NCBI GenBank assembly: GCA_016432285.1
Contig: CP066682.1
Span: 666,274-730,273 of the forward strand
Direction of reading: 5' to 3'
Origin: Candidatus Kaiserbacteria bacterium
GTDB lineage: Bacteria; Patescibacteriota; Minisyncoccia; Phycocordibacterales; UBA2100
Length of the DNA: 64,000 nt
Positions 19,580 to 28,644 of the stretch are shown piece after piece. The position numbers were made by a program, and so were the translations under genes. The notes under the pieces were generated by a model. That model did not search any database. It was not told where the DNA came from and worked only from the letters and a program-made list of their open reading frames with translations. Each line of letters starts with the position of its first letter. Position 1 is the first letter of the stretch.

Positions 19580-22176
19580 AGAGTGCGGCGTGACTCACGA
19601 GTGCGGAAGATGAGCTTCCCTGCCTCGATCGCCGCGATATTGAGAAGCCCCACGGCCACGACCGCCGCTCCCCACGGCAGCGGCAAGGGCACCGTGCCGA
19701 GAATCTCTTGGAGGAAAGGCACGTACAGCGCGGCGAGCATGAGAAGGAGGCCCGCACCGACGCCCGAGAGTAGATACTTGTTGCCGAAAAGTCCGTATTC
19801 AAAAATGCTCCGCTCAAGACTCCGGAGCGAAAAAGCAAGAAAGAGCGTGTAGCTGCCGAAGCTCGCGAAGATAAATGTTTGGACGATTTCCGGCGAGAGG
19901 GCAGTGCGCGAGAGCAGCCAATAGAGAAGGAGGAGGAGCGCGGTGGAGGAGAAGCCGATGAAGATGATCAAAAATTTCATGAGCGGATCGAAGAGCGCTC
20001 CACGCCGCGTGGGGGCCCCTGAGAGCTCGTCCTTTTCGAAGGCAAACGCGATCGCCGGAAAGCTGTCGGAAAAAAAGTTGACGTAGAGGATCTGGAGCGC
20101 GCTCAAAGGGAGCGCGAGCCCGAGCACGATGGAGCCGCCGATGAGAAGGAGCTCATCGAAGACCGAAGAGAGCATGTAGACGAGCACCTTGCTGATATTT
20201 TTGCGAATCTGTCTTCCCTCCTCCACGGCTGCAACGATCGTCTCGAAGTTGTCGTCGAGAATCACGAGGTCGGCCACATCTCGCGCCACTTCCGTGCCGC
20301 TCCCCATGGCCACGCCGACGTCGGCTTGCTTGATACTCGGCGCATCGTTGACGCCGTCGCCCGTCATAGCCACGACTTCGCCCGCGCTCTGGAGCGCCTT
20401 TGTGAGCAGCATCTTGTCGAGCGGGGATACACGCGAGATCACCCGAAGGCCCCCGAGCCGAGCCGCAAGCTGCTGCGGCGAAAGCGTCCGCAGCTCGGAG
20501 GCATCGAGCACGCTCCCCGGAGGCGTGGGCAGCCCCACCTCGCGCGCGATTGCTTCCGCCGTGCCGCGGTGATCGCCCGTCATGATCACCGTGCGGATGC
20601 CTGCGCGTTCCACGCGGCGTATCGCCTCTTGCACGCCGAGGCGGATCGGATCGCGCAAGGTGATGAGTCCTTTGAAGTGCAAATGTTCGCTCGGCAATGC
20701 TTTCGGGAAATGTTGTGCGTCTTTCGCATCAATCTCTTTTGTGGCCACCGCCACCACAAACTCCCCCGCTGTGGCGAGCGCGTCGATGCGCGCGAGAAGC
20801 TCGCGGCGCTTTGGCTCATCGAGCTGCGAGTGCCCCACCAGGATCTCGGCGGCCCCAAAAAAGACGAGCTTGCGCTTCCCGCCCTCTTCGGTGAGCGAGA
20901 CGGAGAATTTGTTGACCGCATTAAACGGCAGCGACGCACGCACCGGGAGGCGCCGCCGCACCTCTTCCACTGATATGTCGCGCATCGCCCCCGCCCGCAC
21001 GAGCGCCACCTCCAAAAGCTTGCCGCTCATGCGCCACTCGGCAGGCGGATCATCTGGATTTTCCACGAGTACGTTGGAATTGAGGAGCGCGTACTCGAGG
21101 AGGACGCCCTTTTCCACGCCTTCCGGCAAGAGTTTGTCGAGCTCCATCTTTGCCATGGTGAGCGTGCCTGTTTTGTCGGTGAGGATCACCGTGGTATCGC
21201 CGAGCGCTTCCGCCGCGACGAGCTTGCGGATCACCCCTCTGCGCTTTGCCATACGCTGTACGCCGATCGCGAGGATGACCGTAAGCGCCACCGGAAGGCC
21301 TTCGGGCACGGCTGCCACGGCGACTGCGACCGACGTAACGAACATGTCGAAGACCGAGTAACCGGCCCAAATCCCGACCCCAAAGACGAGGATGGCAAGG
21401 CCGCCAAGGAAAAATCCGGCCCTCGCGCTGAATCGCTGAATCGCCGCCTGGAGCGGCGTGTCTTCCGCTTCGGCAGCCCCCACGAGCTCGGCGATCCGAC
21501 CGAGCTCGGTCGCGGAATCGGTGCGGCAGACGATCGCCGTGCCAAGCCCCTGCGTAACGAGCGTCCCCGCAAAGACCATCGAGAGCTGGTCGGCCACTCC
21601 CGCATCGGTGGGCACGGCTTCCACCCCCTTCACGATCGGCAGCGACTCGCCGGTGAGAAGTGCCTCATCGACCTGGAGGTCGTTGACGAAAACGAGACGC
21701 GCATCCGCGGGAATCCGGTCGCCCTGCGAGATACGGATGATGTCGCCCGGTACCAAAAGCGATGCGTCGATCTCGTGCTCGCCTTCGGCTCGCAGCACGC
21801 GGGCGCGATCGCGGAGGTAGGTCTTCAGCTCCGAAAGCGCCTGCTCGGCCTTGTACTCCTGATAGAAGCCGAGAGAGGCGTTGACGATGACGGCTGCGAA
21901 AATAAAGAGCGAGTCGCGCACATGGCCGATGAGAAGCGTGAGCACCGCAGCAAAGGCGAGGATGAGGATCAGGGGGCTGCGAAACTGCTGGAGCAGAATG
22001 AAAAAAAGGCCGCTTCGCTTTCGCTTCTCAAATACGTTCGCCCCAAAAACCGAGAGACGCCGCCTGGCCTCCGCCTCGGGGAGCCCCGCGTGCACGTCGG
22101 AAGCAAGGAGGTCGGCTACCTCTTCTGGCGCGAGCGCAGCGAACGGGCGCTTCAGAAGCTCGAGACCAATCGGCAT
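19540..22176 (-). CDS. cation-transporting P-type ATPase (P2-type, Ca2+/Mg2+-like)
   Basis: DKTGTLT phosphorylation motif, [14 protein letters not shown], 10 predicted TM, 878 aa. Confidence 0.9.
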   Translation of the reverse strand: MPIGLELLKRPFAALAPEEVADLLASDVHAGLPEAEARRRLSVFGANVFEKRKRSGLFFILLQQFRSPLILILAFAAVLTLLIGHVRDSLFIFAAVIVNASLGFYQEYKAEQALSELKTYLRDRARVLRAEGEHEIDASLLVPGDIIRISQGDRIPADARLVFVNDLQVDEALLTGESLPIVKGVEAVPTDAGVADQLSMVFAGTLVTQGLGTAIVCRTDSATELGRIAELVGAAEAEDTPLQAAIQRFSARAGFFLGGLAILVFGVGIWAGYSVFDMFVTSVAVAVAAVPEGLPVALTVILAIGVQRMAKRRGVIRKLVAAEALGDTTVILTDKTGTLTMAKMELDKLLPEGVEKGVLLEYALLNSNVLVENPDDPPAEWRMSGKLLEVALVRAGAMRDISVEEVRRRLPVRASLPFNAVNKFSVSLTEEGGKRKLVFFGAAEILVGHSQLDEPKRRELLARIDALATAGEFVVAVATKEIDAKDAQHFPKALPSEHLHFKGLITLRDPIRLGVQEAIRRVERAGIRTVIMTGDHRGTAEAIAREVGLPTPPGSVLDASELRTLSPQQLAARLGGLRVISRVSPLDKMLLTKALQSAGEVVAMTGDGVNDAPSIKQADVGVAMGSGTEVARDVADLVILDDNFETIVAAVEEGRQIRKNISKVLVYMLSSVFDELLLIGGSIVLGLALPLSALQILYVNFFSDSFPAIAFAFEKDELSGAPTRRGALFDPLMKFLIIFIGFSSTALLLLLYWLLSRTALSPEIVQTFIFASFGSYTLFLAFSLRSLERSIFEYGLFGNKYLLSGVGAGLLLMLAALYVPFLQEILGTVPLPLPWGAAVVAVGLLNIAAIEAGKLIFRTRESRRTLQLASARAAMPIR

Positions 22177-22226
22177 TTAGGAATTATAACCGCGAATGCA
22201 TGACTTGGATGGACAATGCACGCTCG

Positions 22227-23828
22227 TTAACCGCGCCCGCGAGCAGTTATATGCGCCGGAATCGTCGGCGATCGCAAAAACTCATCGTATTTCCTCTCAA
22301 TATGCGCGAATAGTCTCTTTGAAATCTCTTTTGTGGGGCGCACTTTCCAGTGCACATAGTACACCGAGAGGAGCGCGGCGGCGGAGATACTAAAGACCGT
22401 TATCGTGACTACCCTGCTGCCGAAGTACGCTCCGCCGACGGCTCCCATGAGGAACCATAGGCCCAGTATCAGTTCCTTATATGTGCTCTTCAGCAGTTGT
22501 GGCGCCTTGACGAGTATGAACTTGTTTGTGCGCTCGAAATCCGACTTCTGGCGGAACATGATGCGCATGAGCGCCTCAGAGTAGACGAGCGTCAATCCCA
22601 TATGGATGAGCAGCGCGCGCAGCGCCCGGCGAATCGGATTTTCTTCGGTTCGAAGTGTGACTAGGAAAAGGACGAACTTCGATCCTATCGTAAGAAAAAT
22701 CGAAAACGAGGCAACATTGAGCAGCATTTTGTGCTCTCCGGTTGTGAGTATTGCAGGGGTCACGACGAGTGCATACCCAGCGAGCACCGCAAATGGAAGA
22801 AAGTTGAGGTGATCCCATGCGGTCAGGTGCGAAAGGAAACCGATCCATGATCTGAACGGCATCCGCTTGAACGACGTGAAGAGTACAGAGAGCGCCTGCG
22901 CATTGCCGAGCGCCCATCGCCACTTCTGTTTTCGATATGACTCGATATCATACGGCATCAGACCCGATCCGATTGGCCGGTCGATGTAGACGCCCCGAAA
23001 TCCGGCACGGTACAGTCGGAGACCCGCATCGGCATCTTCAGTGAGCGCCTGTACCCGGAACCCGCCGATGCTCCTCAAGGCGTCATTGCTGTATATGCTG
23101 ACTGTCCCCGTCGACGGGACGCAGTCGAGGTGATTGGCCATGTTCATATAAATCCTGAAGAAATGCCGGTACTCATCGGCCACTGGCCTATTTTCCGAAG
23201 TAGCGTTCCGGTACTCCTGCGGAAACTGAACGAGTGCGATTTCTCGGTGCGTGAAATACGAAACGGCAAGCGAGAGGAAGTCGGGATTCACCACGTAATC
23301 TGCGTCGATGACTGCAACATATTTCGATTGCGCGCTCGTACGCGCGAGAGCGTAGTTGAGTGCGCCCGCCTTAAAGCCAGTGAGATTCTCGACATGCAGA
23401 AAGCGGAAGCGGCGGCCGAGAGAAAGCGTGAATCGCTCGACGGGTTTCCATACCTGCGGATCGCTTGTGTTGTTGTCTATCACCAGGACTTCGTACTCTC
23501 CGTAGGAAAGCTTCGAGAGGGATTCGAGCGTCTGCATGAGTACAGCGGGTGGTTCATTGTGGGCCGGCACGAGAATTGATATAAACGGCTCTTTCCTCGG
23601 TTTCCGATGGCGCGCCGTAAAGCGCGGCAAAAGCGCCACGTACACCTGCAATGCCGAGAGAAAAATTCCGACAACAGTATTGGCGAGCAGCACTACCGTG
23701 AGCGGTCCGGGCAAAGCTACGGTTGCAGCGAAAACAGCTAAAAAAACGGCGGCAAGCATAGGACGAGAATAGGTCTGGCTGGAACCAGTAGGTAGAACAA
23801 TGCTACCAGTCCTTGGTGAGAAGGGCAA
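22227..23828 (-). CDS. membrane-bound processive family-2 glycosyltransferase (cellulose/hyaluronan-synthase-like)
   Basis: D,D,D motifs (VIDNNTSD, AVIDADY), Q/KxxRW (RKQKWRWALGN), N- and C-terminal TM clusters. Confidence 0.8.
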   Translation of the reverse strand: MPFSPRTGSIVLPTGSSQTYSRPMLAAVFLAVFAATVALPGPLTVVLLANTVVGIFLSALQVYVALLPRFTARHRKPRKEPFISILVPAHNEPPAVLMQTLESLSKLSYGEYEVLVIDNNTSDPQVWKPVERFTLSLGRRFRFLHVENLTGFKAGALNYALARTSAQSKYVAVIDADYVVNPDFLSLAVSYFTHREIALVQFPQEYRNATSENRPVADEYRHFFRIYMNMANHLDCVPSTGTVSIYSNDALRSIGGFRVQALTEDADAGLRLYRAGFRGVYIDRPIGSGLMPYDIESYRKQKWRWALGNAQALSVLFTSFKRMPFRSWIGFLSHLTAWDHLNFLPFAVLAGYALVVTPAILTTGEHKMLLNVASFSIFLTIGSKFVLFLVTLRTEENPIRRALRALLIHMGLTLVYSEALMRIMFRQKSDFERTNKFILVKAPQLLKSTYKELILGLWFLMGAVGGAYFGSRVVTITVFSISAAALLSVYYVHWKVRPTKEISKRLFAHIERKYDEFLRSPTIPAHITARGRG

Positions 23829-23837
23829 CTACGGCCC

Positions 23838-24107
23838 CTATAGTTGGCGGGAGCTCGAGTATTTGAGTTTGAGATACAGTTGAGCGAGCGCGATGAGGAG
23901 TGCGACGCCGTTGACGACGGCGACCGGCGTCGCAGTCGTGAGGAAGCCGTAGGCGAGCCAGAAAACGCAGTTGAAGAAAAAGAGCACGAGCATGCCCCAC
24001 GAGAGATCCTCCACGCTGTGCGTGCGCCACATCTTGTAGAGTTGCGGCAGCATAAACGAGGTGCCCGTGAAAATGCCCGCGTAGCCGAACAAATCCGCCA
24101 ATTCCAT
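23838..24107 (-). CDS. SemiSWEET / PQ-loop sugar transporter (89 aa)
   Basis: Three TM, PQ motif (FMLPQLYKMWRT); 9 nt upstream of the GT2 gene on the same strand. Confidence 0.75.
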   Translation of the reverse strand: MELADLFGYAGIFTGTSFMLPQLYKMWRTHSVEDLSWGMLVLFFFNCVFWLAYGFLTTATPVAVVNGVALLIALAQLYLKLKYSSSRQL

Positions 24108-24297
24108 GGAAGTAGTGTATCAGTCGAAACTCGTGTCGATCCACGAGTAAAAAATGACGTGCAAATCACGCTTGAAATAGCTCGAACATTCGCCGCCGGT
24201 AAGGATGGCGGCAAGCACCCACGCTGACAATTTTAAGTTTTTCTTTGGCGGAAGACTTGAACGCGCGGGGTACAACAACTTGTTCTTTGAGAACAAA

Positions 24298-25134
24298 TTA
24301 TCGGACCGCAATTACAACCGAGCCGGTAACATCTTCCGTAGTTCCATTCGCGCCACCATTTCTTTGCATGTATTTCACTGTGTACGTACCCGGCTGAGTG
24401 TACGTATGAGAAACCTTGTCCGTGTATGTGGCGCAAGCATCTGTATCGGGTTTATACGCGGAGCACGTAATATCTGCTTGCTGTCCATCTCCAAACACGA
24501 CCCATTGGTCAAGAAGGCCCAAGTATGTAACTGAAAATTCCACTGCAAGAGGTGCATTACCTGAAGTTACATTGGCGGTAATCGTAGGCGGCAAAGTCAA
24601 AGACATATCCTTGCTCGCCAACATTTCGCGTTCTCCCGATACTATCGCCTCGACCAGGATATTGTGCGGCAGCGAAAAACCTGAAAGTGCATTGGCGGGA
24701 AAAGTAACTGACCAACGACCGCTTACCACAGGTACATTGTCTTGCGTATAAAGGCCTGTGTAACCTGTAAATTTCGCCGGAGTAATGGCACGAACGCTCA
24801 CACTCAGAGAACTCGTGTTTGCCGCTGTACCGCTCACGACAAATCCCGCCGAACTGCCAGCAGGCACGAGTTTATCAACGGTTGCCGAGGGTTTCGGATT
24901 ATTTGCACTCGTCTGCGATATGGGCCCCTGATTCTCCTGTGTTGCCGCAGTATCGTTCGTATCCGAAATCAAGCCCGGTGTCACTTCCATGCGCTGCTCC
25001 GTTTGCAAAGGGGCGTAGTCTTTAATTAACGGTCCAGCGGGCGCATCTGTCTGAACACCAAAAATGCTGCTGATGACGACAGCAATGGACGCAAAGAGCC
25101 ATTTCAAGAAATCCACCAAGGTAGTATACCCCAA
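24298..25134 (-). CDS. cell-surface protein with C-terminal PKD domain, TM-anchored (low-GC gene)
   Basis: N-terminal anchor, Ser/Thr-rich region, C-terminal PKD signature (NAPLAVEFS...FGDGQ...SHTYTQPGTYTVK); GC about 48-50% versus about 63% flanks. Confidence 0.65.
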   Translation of the reverse strand: MGYTTLVDFLKWLFASIAVVISSIFGVQTDAPAGPLIKDYAPLQTEQRMEVTPGLISDTNDTAATQENQGPISQTSANNPKPSATVDKLVPAGSSAGFVVSGTAANTSSLSVSVRAITPAKFTGYTGLYTQDNVPVVSGRWSVTFPANALSGFSLPHNILVEAIVSGEREMLASKDMSLTLPPTITANVTSGNAPLAVEFSVTYLGLLDQWVVFGDGQQADITCSAYKPDTDACATYTDKVSHTYTQPGTYTVKYMQRNGGANGTTEDVTGSVVIAVR

Positions 25135-25151
25135 TTAAACTTCCGTTTTTG

Positions 25152-25236
25152 CGGAGAGGGAGGGATTCGAACCCTCGATGCCTTTCGACATGCCGGTTTT
25201 CGAAACCGGTGCTTTCAACCACTCAGCCACCTCTCC
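25152..25236 (-). tRNA. tRNA-Ser (anticodon CGA), type II with long variable arm
   Basis: Cloverleaf folded by hand: acceptor GGAGAGG/CCTCTCC, anticodon stem CCGGT/ACCGG with loop TTCGAAA, variable arm ATGTC-GAAA-GGCAT, T-loop TTCGAAT; no encoded CCA. Confidence 0.85.
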
Positions 25237-25353
25237 TTCGGACAAGTAAAAACTTGTCCGCGATTTTCGCTGTGCGAAAGTCGCTAACGATCTGACCAGT
25301 CGCTAAAATAGCACACTTTGGATAGTGCATAAAATACGCTATATTTTCGCTGC

Positions 25354-25425
25354 GGCCCTATCGTCTAGTGGTTAGGACAGCGCCTTTTCAAGGCGTTAAC
25401 CGGGGTTCGATTCCCCGTAGGGTCA
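25354..25425 (+). tRNA. tRNA-Glu (anticodon UUC)
   Basis: Acceptor GGCCCTA/TAGGGTC, anticodon stem GCGCC/GGCGT, loop TTTTCAA, T-arm CGGGG-TTCGATT-CCCCG; TATATT box upstream. Confidence 0.85.
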
Positions 25426-25426
25426 T

Positions 25427-25470
25427 GAATACCAAAAGTCCGCAGCGCCGCTGCGGCTTTTTTGGTATTC
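25427..25470 (+). terminator. terminator hairpin immediately after tRNA-Glu
   Basis: GAATACCAAAAG-TCCGCAGCG-ccg-CTGCGG-C-TTTTTTGGTATTC extended palindrome with T6. Confidence 0.6.
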
Positions 25471-25590
25471 GCGGGTTCCATTCGGGGAATCGAAAGACGG
25501 AGGCGGGGTCCCCGCTCGCGGGGAGCCGAGTCGGGGTCGCGGAAATTTTGCATAGTAAAATTATCCATGACCGATTCCCCGTATGGTCAC
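25471..25590 (+). other. structured tRNA-trailer element ending in a copy of the tRNA-Glu 3' end (CGATTCCCCGTAtGGTCA)
   Basis: 25572-25589 matches tRNA-Glu 25408-25425 at 17/18; internal hairpins (GCGGGG-tc-CCCGC; GGAAATTTT..AAAATTATCC); long-range pairing 25480-25491 with 25572-25583; homologous to the element after tRNA-Val. Confidence 0.4.
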
Positions 25591-25599
25591 AAGTGAAAT

Positions 25600-26490
25600 T
25601 TAACTGTGCAGCCAAATATAGAGGTCCCTAAAAACCATCTCGGCCCTGCCATTGCGCCTCACAATTTCTGCGAGCCTTTCACCGATGCCACGCTGCGCTG
25701 CCTCCGGGAGCCGCTCCCAGTCGGTGCGCAAAATAAACGATAGTAGCAACTTTCCGTCTCGATTAGGACTGAACGCGCCGTCCTGAAAACAGGAACTTAC
25801 GTCCGTGTGAGCATTGACGATCTCTGATTGATTTTCAATATTTAACTTTGCAAGCTCCGCTACGATTTCCTCCCCTGGCAATTCCGGCGCAGGCTGGGCA
25901 GTATGTTTATGTAGCTCTGCGAGCAGCTCATACCTGTCGCTTGTTGAGGAATAGATTGTTATCAGACCGACGCCGTTCGTATCCAGCGAATTGGCGAATT
26001 TCTGCAAGGTATTTGTTTCCTTCGGTGTATTCCTCCAATCCTGAATGTAGTACCAAACATGAGAGGACATTGAGAAATCCGAAAGTGGTGGATCGTGGGA
26101 CGGATCTTCAAACGGTATCACTTGGTAATCTGAAACAATGTCTGACAATCCCGCCGTGATTGCATTCGTATTAAATTCTGATGCCATTGTTTGAGAAACG
26201 TCCTCGCAAGAAATTGAGATGTTATCTTTTGTGCCCCGCTCCGCGATAAAGGATTTAAGCAGGGGTAATTCCAACCCGCCGTTCCCAGCGCCCATTACAT
26301 ATATGCGAAATAGTTGTTCTGAATTGCGTAGCTTGCTCCAAGCAGCGGGCGCCATTCGTTGAATGCCACTTAGTGTGGCGTCGAGTTGCACCTCCTTCTG
26401 ATCCGTGTTGCGGAGAAACACGGCAAATCGCTCTCTTGCTGCATTAAACGCTCCAGTACGCACCGCTTCTCCAGTCGACATCGTTTCCAT
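25600..26490 (-). CDS. class I SAM-dependent methyltransferase-like protein (low-GC, probably acquired)
   Basis: Motif I IYVMGAGNGGLELPLL followed by acidic ISCED; likely start METMSTGE at 26490; gene GC about 48%; divergent from the alkA-like gene. Confidence 0.55.
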   Translation of the reverse strand: METMSTGEAVRTGAFNAARERFAVFLRNTDQKEVQLDATLSGIQRMAPAAWSKLRNSEQLFRIYVMGAGNGGLELPLLKSFIAERGTKDNISISCEDVSQTMASEFNTNAITAGLSDIVSDYQVIPFEDPSHDPPLSDFSMSSHVWYYIQDWRNTPKETNTLQKFANSLDTNGVGLITIYSSTSDRYELLAELHKHTAQPAPELPGEEIVAELAKLNIENQSEIVNAHTDVSSCFQDGAFSPNRDGKLLLSFILRTDWERLPEAAQRGIGERLAEIVRRNGRAEMVFRDLYIWLHS

Positions 26491-26566
26491 CCTACAGGCA
26501 TCAAATATCAGACGCCAGCATTGTTTTATCGAATCCTGTTCTCGGTACAATGGGCTCACCGAGCGC

Positions 26567-27187
26567 ATGACGAACAATCTTCGAAAATCGATTTTGATCT
26601 TGAAGCGCGACCCGCGGTTCGCGCCGATCGTGCGAAAGTACGGTAAGCCCGATCTCACGCGCTACTTCGGCGGCATCGGGATCTTTCCGGCGCTGCTGCG
26701 CTCAATCGTGTACCAGCAGCTCTCGGGCCACGCGGCGCGCGCGATCCTCGCGCGCGTACTCGTGCTCTTTCCACGCGGGAAGCCAACGCCGCGCCGCCTG
26801 ATCAAGCTCCCCGCGGGAAAGCTCCGGGCCGCCGGCCTCTCCGTGCAGAAGATTTCGTACGTGCGTGATCTCGCGCACAAGTGCCTCGACGGCACGATCG
26901 ACGAGAAGCAATTCCCGACGATGAGCAGCGAGGAGATTGTGCAACACCTCACGCAGGTGCGCGGCGTCGGGCAGTGGTCCGCGCACATGGTGCTCATCTT
27001 TACCCTGCACCGGCTCGACATTTTGCCCACGGGAGATCTTGGTATCCGCAAGGGCTTCCAGATTCTCTACAAACTACGCACACTCCCGGACAAAAAGAAA
27101 ATGGAGAGTCTGGCGCGCCCGTGGCACGCGCACGCTTCGATCGCGAGCTGGTATCTCTGGCAGATCGCGGACGAAAATAAAAAGTGA
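26567..27187 (+). CDS. DNA-3-methyladenine glycosylase II / HhH-GPD family base-excision glycosylase (AlkA-like)
   Basis: Internal ATG at 26567 (MTNNLRKSILILKRDPRFAPIVRKYG...); HhH-GPD hallmark VRGVGQWSAHMVL...ILPTGDLGIRKG with catalytic Asp. Confidence 0.75.
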   Translation: MTNNLRKSILILKRDPRFAPIVRKYGKPDLTRYFGGIGIFPALLRSIVYQQLSGHAARAILARVLVLFPRGKPTPRRLIKLPAGKLRAAGLSVQKISYVRDLAHKCLDGTIDEKQFPTMSSEEIVQHLTQVRGVGQWSAHMVLIFTLHRLDILPTGDLGIRKGFQILYKLRTLPDKKKMESLARPWHAHASIASWYLWQIADENKK

Positions 27188-27189
27188 AG

Positions 27190-27223
27190 ATGAAGAAAAT
27201 ATAGACAAGGGATGTCCATATTT
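27190..27223. repeat. palindromic repeat family copy B (ATGAAGAAAATATAGACAagggATGTCCATATTT)
   Basis: Directly after the alkA-like stop; opposite orientation relative to copy A. Confidence 0.7.
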
Positions 27224-27230
27224 GGAAAAA

Positions 27231-27256
27231 GCCCCGCCGAGGCGGGACTTTTTTAA
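27231..27256. terminator. bidirectional terminator (CCCGCC-ga-GGCGGG flanked by A5 and T6)
   Basis: AAAAAGCCCCGCCGAGGCGGGACTTTTTTAAT. Confidence 0.65.
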
Positions 27257-27414
27257 TACTGCATGCTTGAAGTGCCGGTGCCCGAGGTGCCCGTGCCCGT
27301 ATTCGGGACGCTGGGGTTGGTGCCGCCCGAGAAGTACAGCCAGCCTCCGATGAGAATGGCAAGCACAAGGATGACTCCGACGACCCACGCAGCAAGTGTG
27401 GTGCTGGTGTCCAT
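27253..27414 (-). pseudogene. 53-codon ORF encoding only a TM anchor plus Thr/Gly linker; truncated member of the anchor-linker surface protein family
   Basis: MDTSTTLAAWVVGVILVLAILIGGWLYFSGGTNPSVPNTGTGTSGTGTSSMQY* parallels the N-termini of 14542..15021 and 28698..29246 but stops where those proteins begin their globular domains; not in the ORF track (below size cutoff). Confidence 0.35.
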
Positions 27415-27525
27415 AGAGGTAACTTACGAGTAAGGGTTCGCGAATCGCGAACGCACGGGTAAGCCTAACGGTACGCGCGTGAGAGTGTGGTGAACTGCGG
27501 CGCCTCGCCGATTTAATGAATCCGC

Positions 27526-27560
27526 TTGACTTGACCCGAGTCCCCTGTTGTAGTTATAGT
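27526..27560 (+). promoter_or_regulatory. strong sigma70-like promoter (TTGACT/TTGACC-18nt-TATAGT) with 5' leader hairpin and perfect SD for 27628 gene
   Basis: Hexamers read directly; leader hairpin GAACGGGG-aatc-CCCCGTTC at 27570-27589; AGGAGG at 27617-27622, 5 nt before ATG. Confidence 0.5.
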
Positions 27561-27627
27561 ACTGCTTAGGAACGGGGAATCCCCCGTTCGAAACGCAACC
27601 TGAACCGAACCACATGAGGAGGATCTG

Positions 27628-28638
27628 ATGAATCACGTTCTCTCTATCGGCGACCGGCGCCATCTTCCATTTTTGACTGATATCGACGGAAGTCGTGCCG
27701 ACGCCGGGGAATACGCCTGTTCGTATCGCAAGGAGTGTGATGTGATGCCCGTATTTACCGCCTCCCCCTACGGGGTGACGGTGGGGTTCTTCGTCTACTG
27801 CGGCGGCGAGCGCAAGCTCGTGCACAGTTGCTCGCAGACGGCATGCATCATTGGCGGCTGGCGCGCGTTCCGACTCCTGGAGCGCGTCGAGAGCGTCAAT
27901 TACGGCACTCCGCTGGCGGCACTCCGTGTCGCCGACGATAGCGTGGTGGGCGAGATCACTGCCTCGGCCGAACGCTACTTCTCGTCGCCAGCCGCTTACC
28001 GGAGCGCGTGCTCCGATATTCGCGAAGCGGTGCCAGACCTGGATACTCTCGCCAACATGTTGCAGATCGTGATCCGGACCAAGGCTACAGTCCGGCTCGA
28101 CGGCATCATGCGCGTATTCGGGAATAACCCGCCGAGTGAAATCCGGCCCCTGCTCCAGAGCGTGAATCCGATCTCGGGGCAGACCGACCTGGTCTGCGAG
28201 GACTGGGTCCCGTTTGCCGCGCAGATCCGAAAGCGCGGCAGGCACTATAAGGGGTTCCAGGTAGCCGCGATCGGTTATTCGCGGCCGGAAACGCCGGGCG
28301 GGATGCCGTGGGTGTGTGCGGGAGCAAACATGCAGTTCACGGAATACTCGCAACCGATGTGCGCGGAGGATCGGGTCTTGGAGCAGGCTGAGCACGACGA
28401 AATCACGCTCGACCGGCTCCTGATCTACGGCGTGCCGCGCAAGCGCGACACGACGAAGACGCTCCACCCGTGCAGCGAGCGCTGCCTTGCGCGTTTGCAC
28501 GATAAGTACTTGCGCAAGAAGGCGGTGAAGGCGTCGACAATCCTTACGTGCGTGCACGCGGAGACGGGGTTCACGGAGGAGTTCACGCTCCGTGAATACT
28601 TCGCGATGAACGGTGTCATCACTTCCCCGTGGGGGTGA
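27628..28638 (+). CDS. cytidine/deoxycytidylate-deaminase-fold protein: ~230-aa Cys-rich N-terminal domain of unknown function + C-terminal CDA-like zinc deaminase domain (336 aa)
   Basis: C-terminal GANMQFTEYSQPMCAE...(35 aa)...PCSERC parallels the CDA signature G-x-N-x-E-N-x-x-Y...C/H-A-E...P-C-x-x-C (as in B. subtilis Cdd CAE...PCGAC); antisense 377-aa ORF is Arg-rich junk. Confidence 0.55.
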   Translation: MNHVLSIGDRRHLPFLTDIDGSRADAGEYACSYRKECDVMPVFTASPYGVTVGFFVYCGGERKLVHSCSQTACIIGGWRAFRLLERVESVNYGTPLAALRVADDSVVGEITASAERYFSSPAAYRSACSDIREAVPDLDTLANMLQIVIRTKATVRLDGIMRVFGNNPPSEIRPLLQSVNPISGQTDLVCEDWVPFAAQIRKRGRHYKGFQVAAIGYSRPETPGGMPWVCAGANMQFTEYSQPMCAEDRVLEQAEHDEITLDRLLIYGVPRKRDTTKTLHPCSERCLARLHDKYLRKKAVKASTILTCVHAETGFTEEFTLREYFAMNGVITSPWG

Positions 28639-28644
28639 TGGGCG

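Noticed and set aside
27424-28557. 377-aa minus-strand ORF overlapping the deaminase-like gene
   Set aside because: Arg-rich junk composition, no start context; the plus-strand gene has a promoter, SD, terminator and a recognisable CDA-fold motif.
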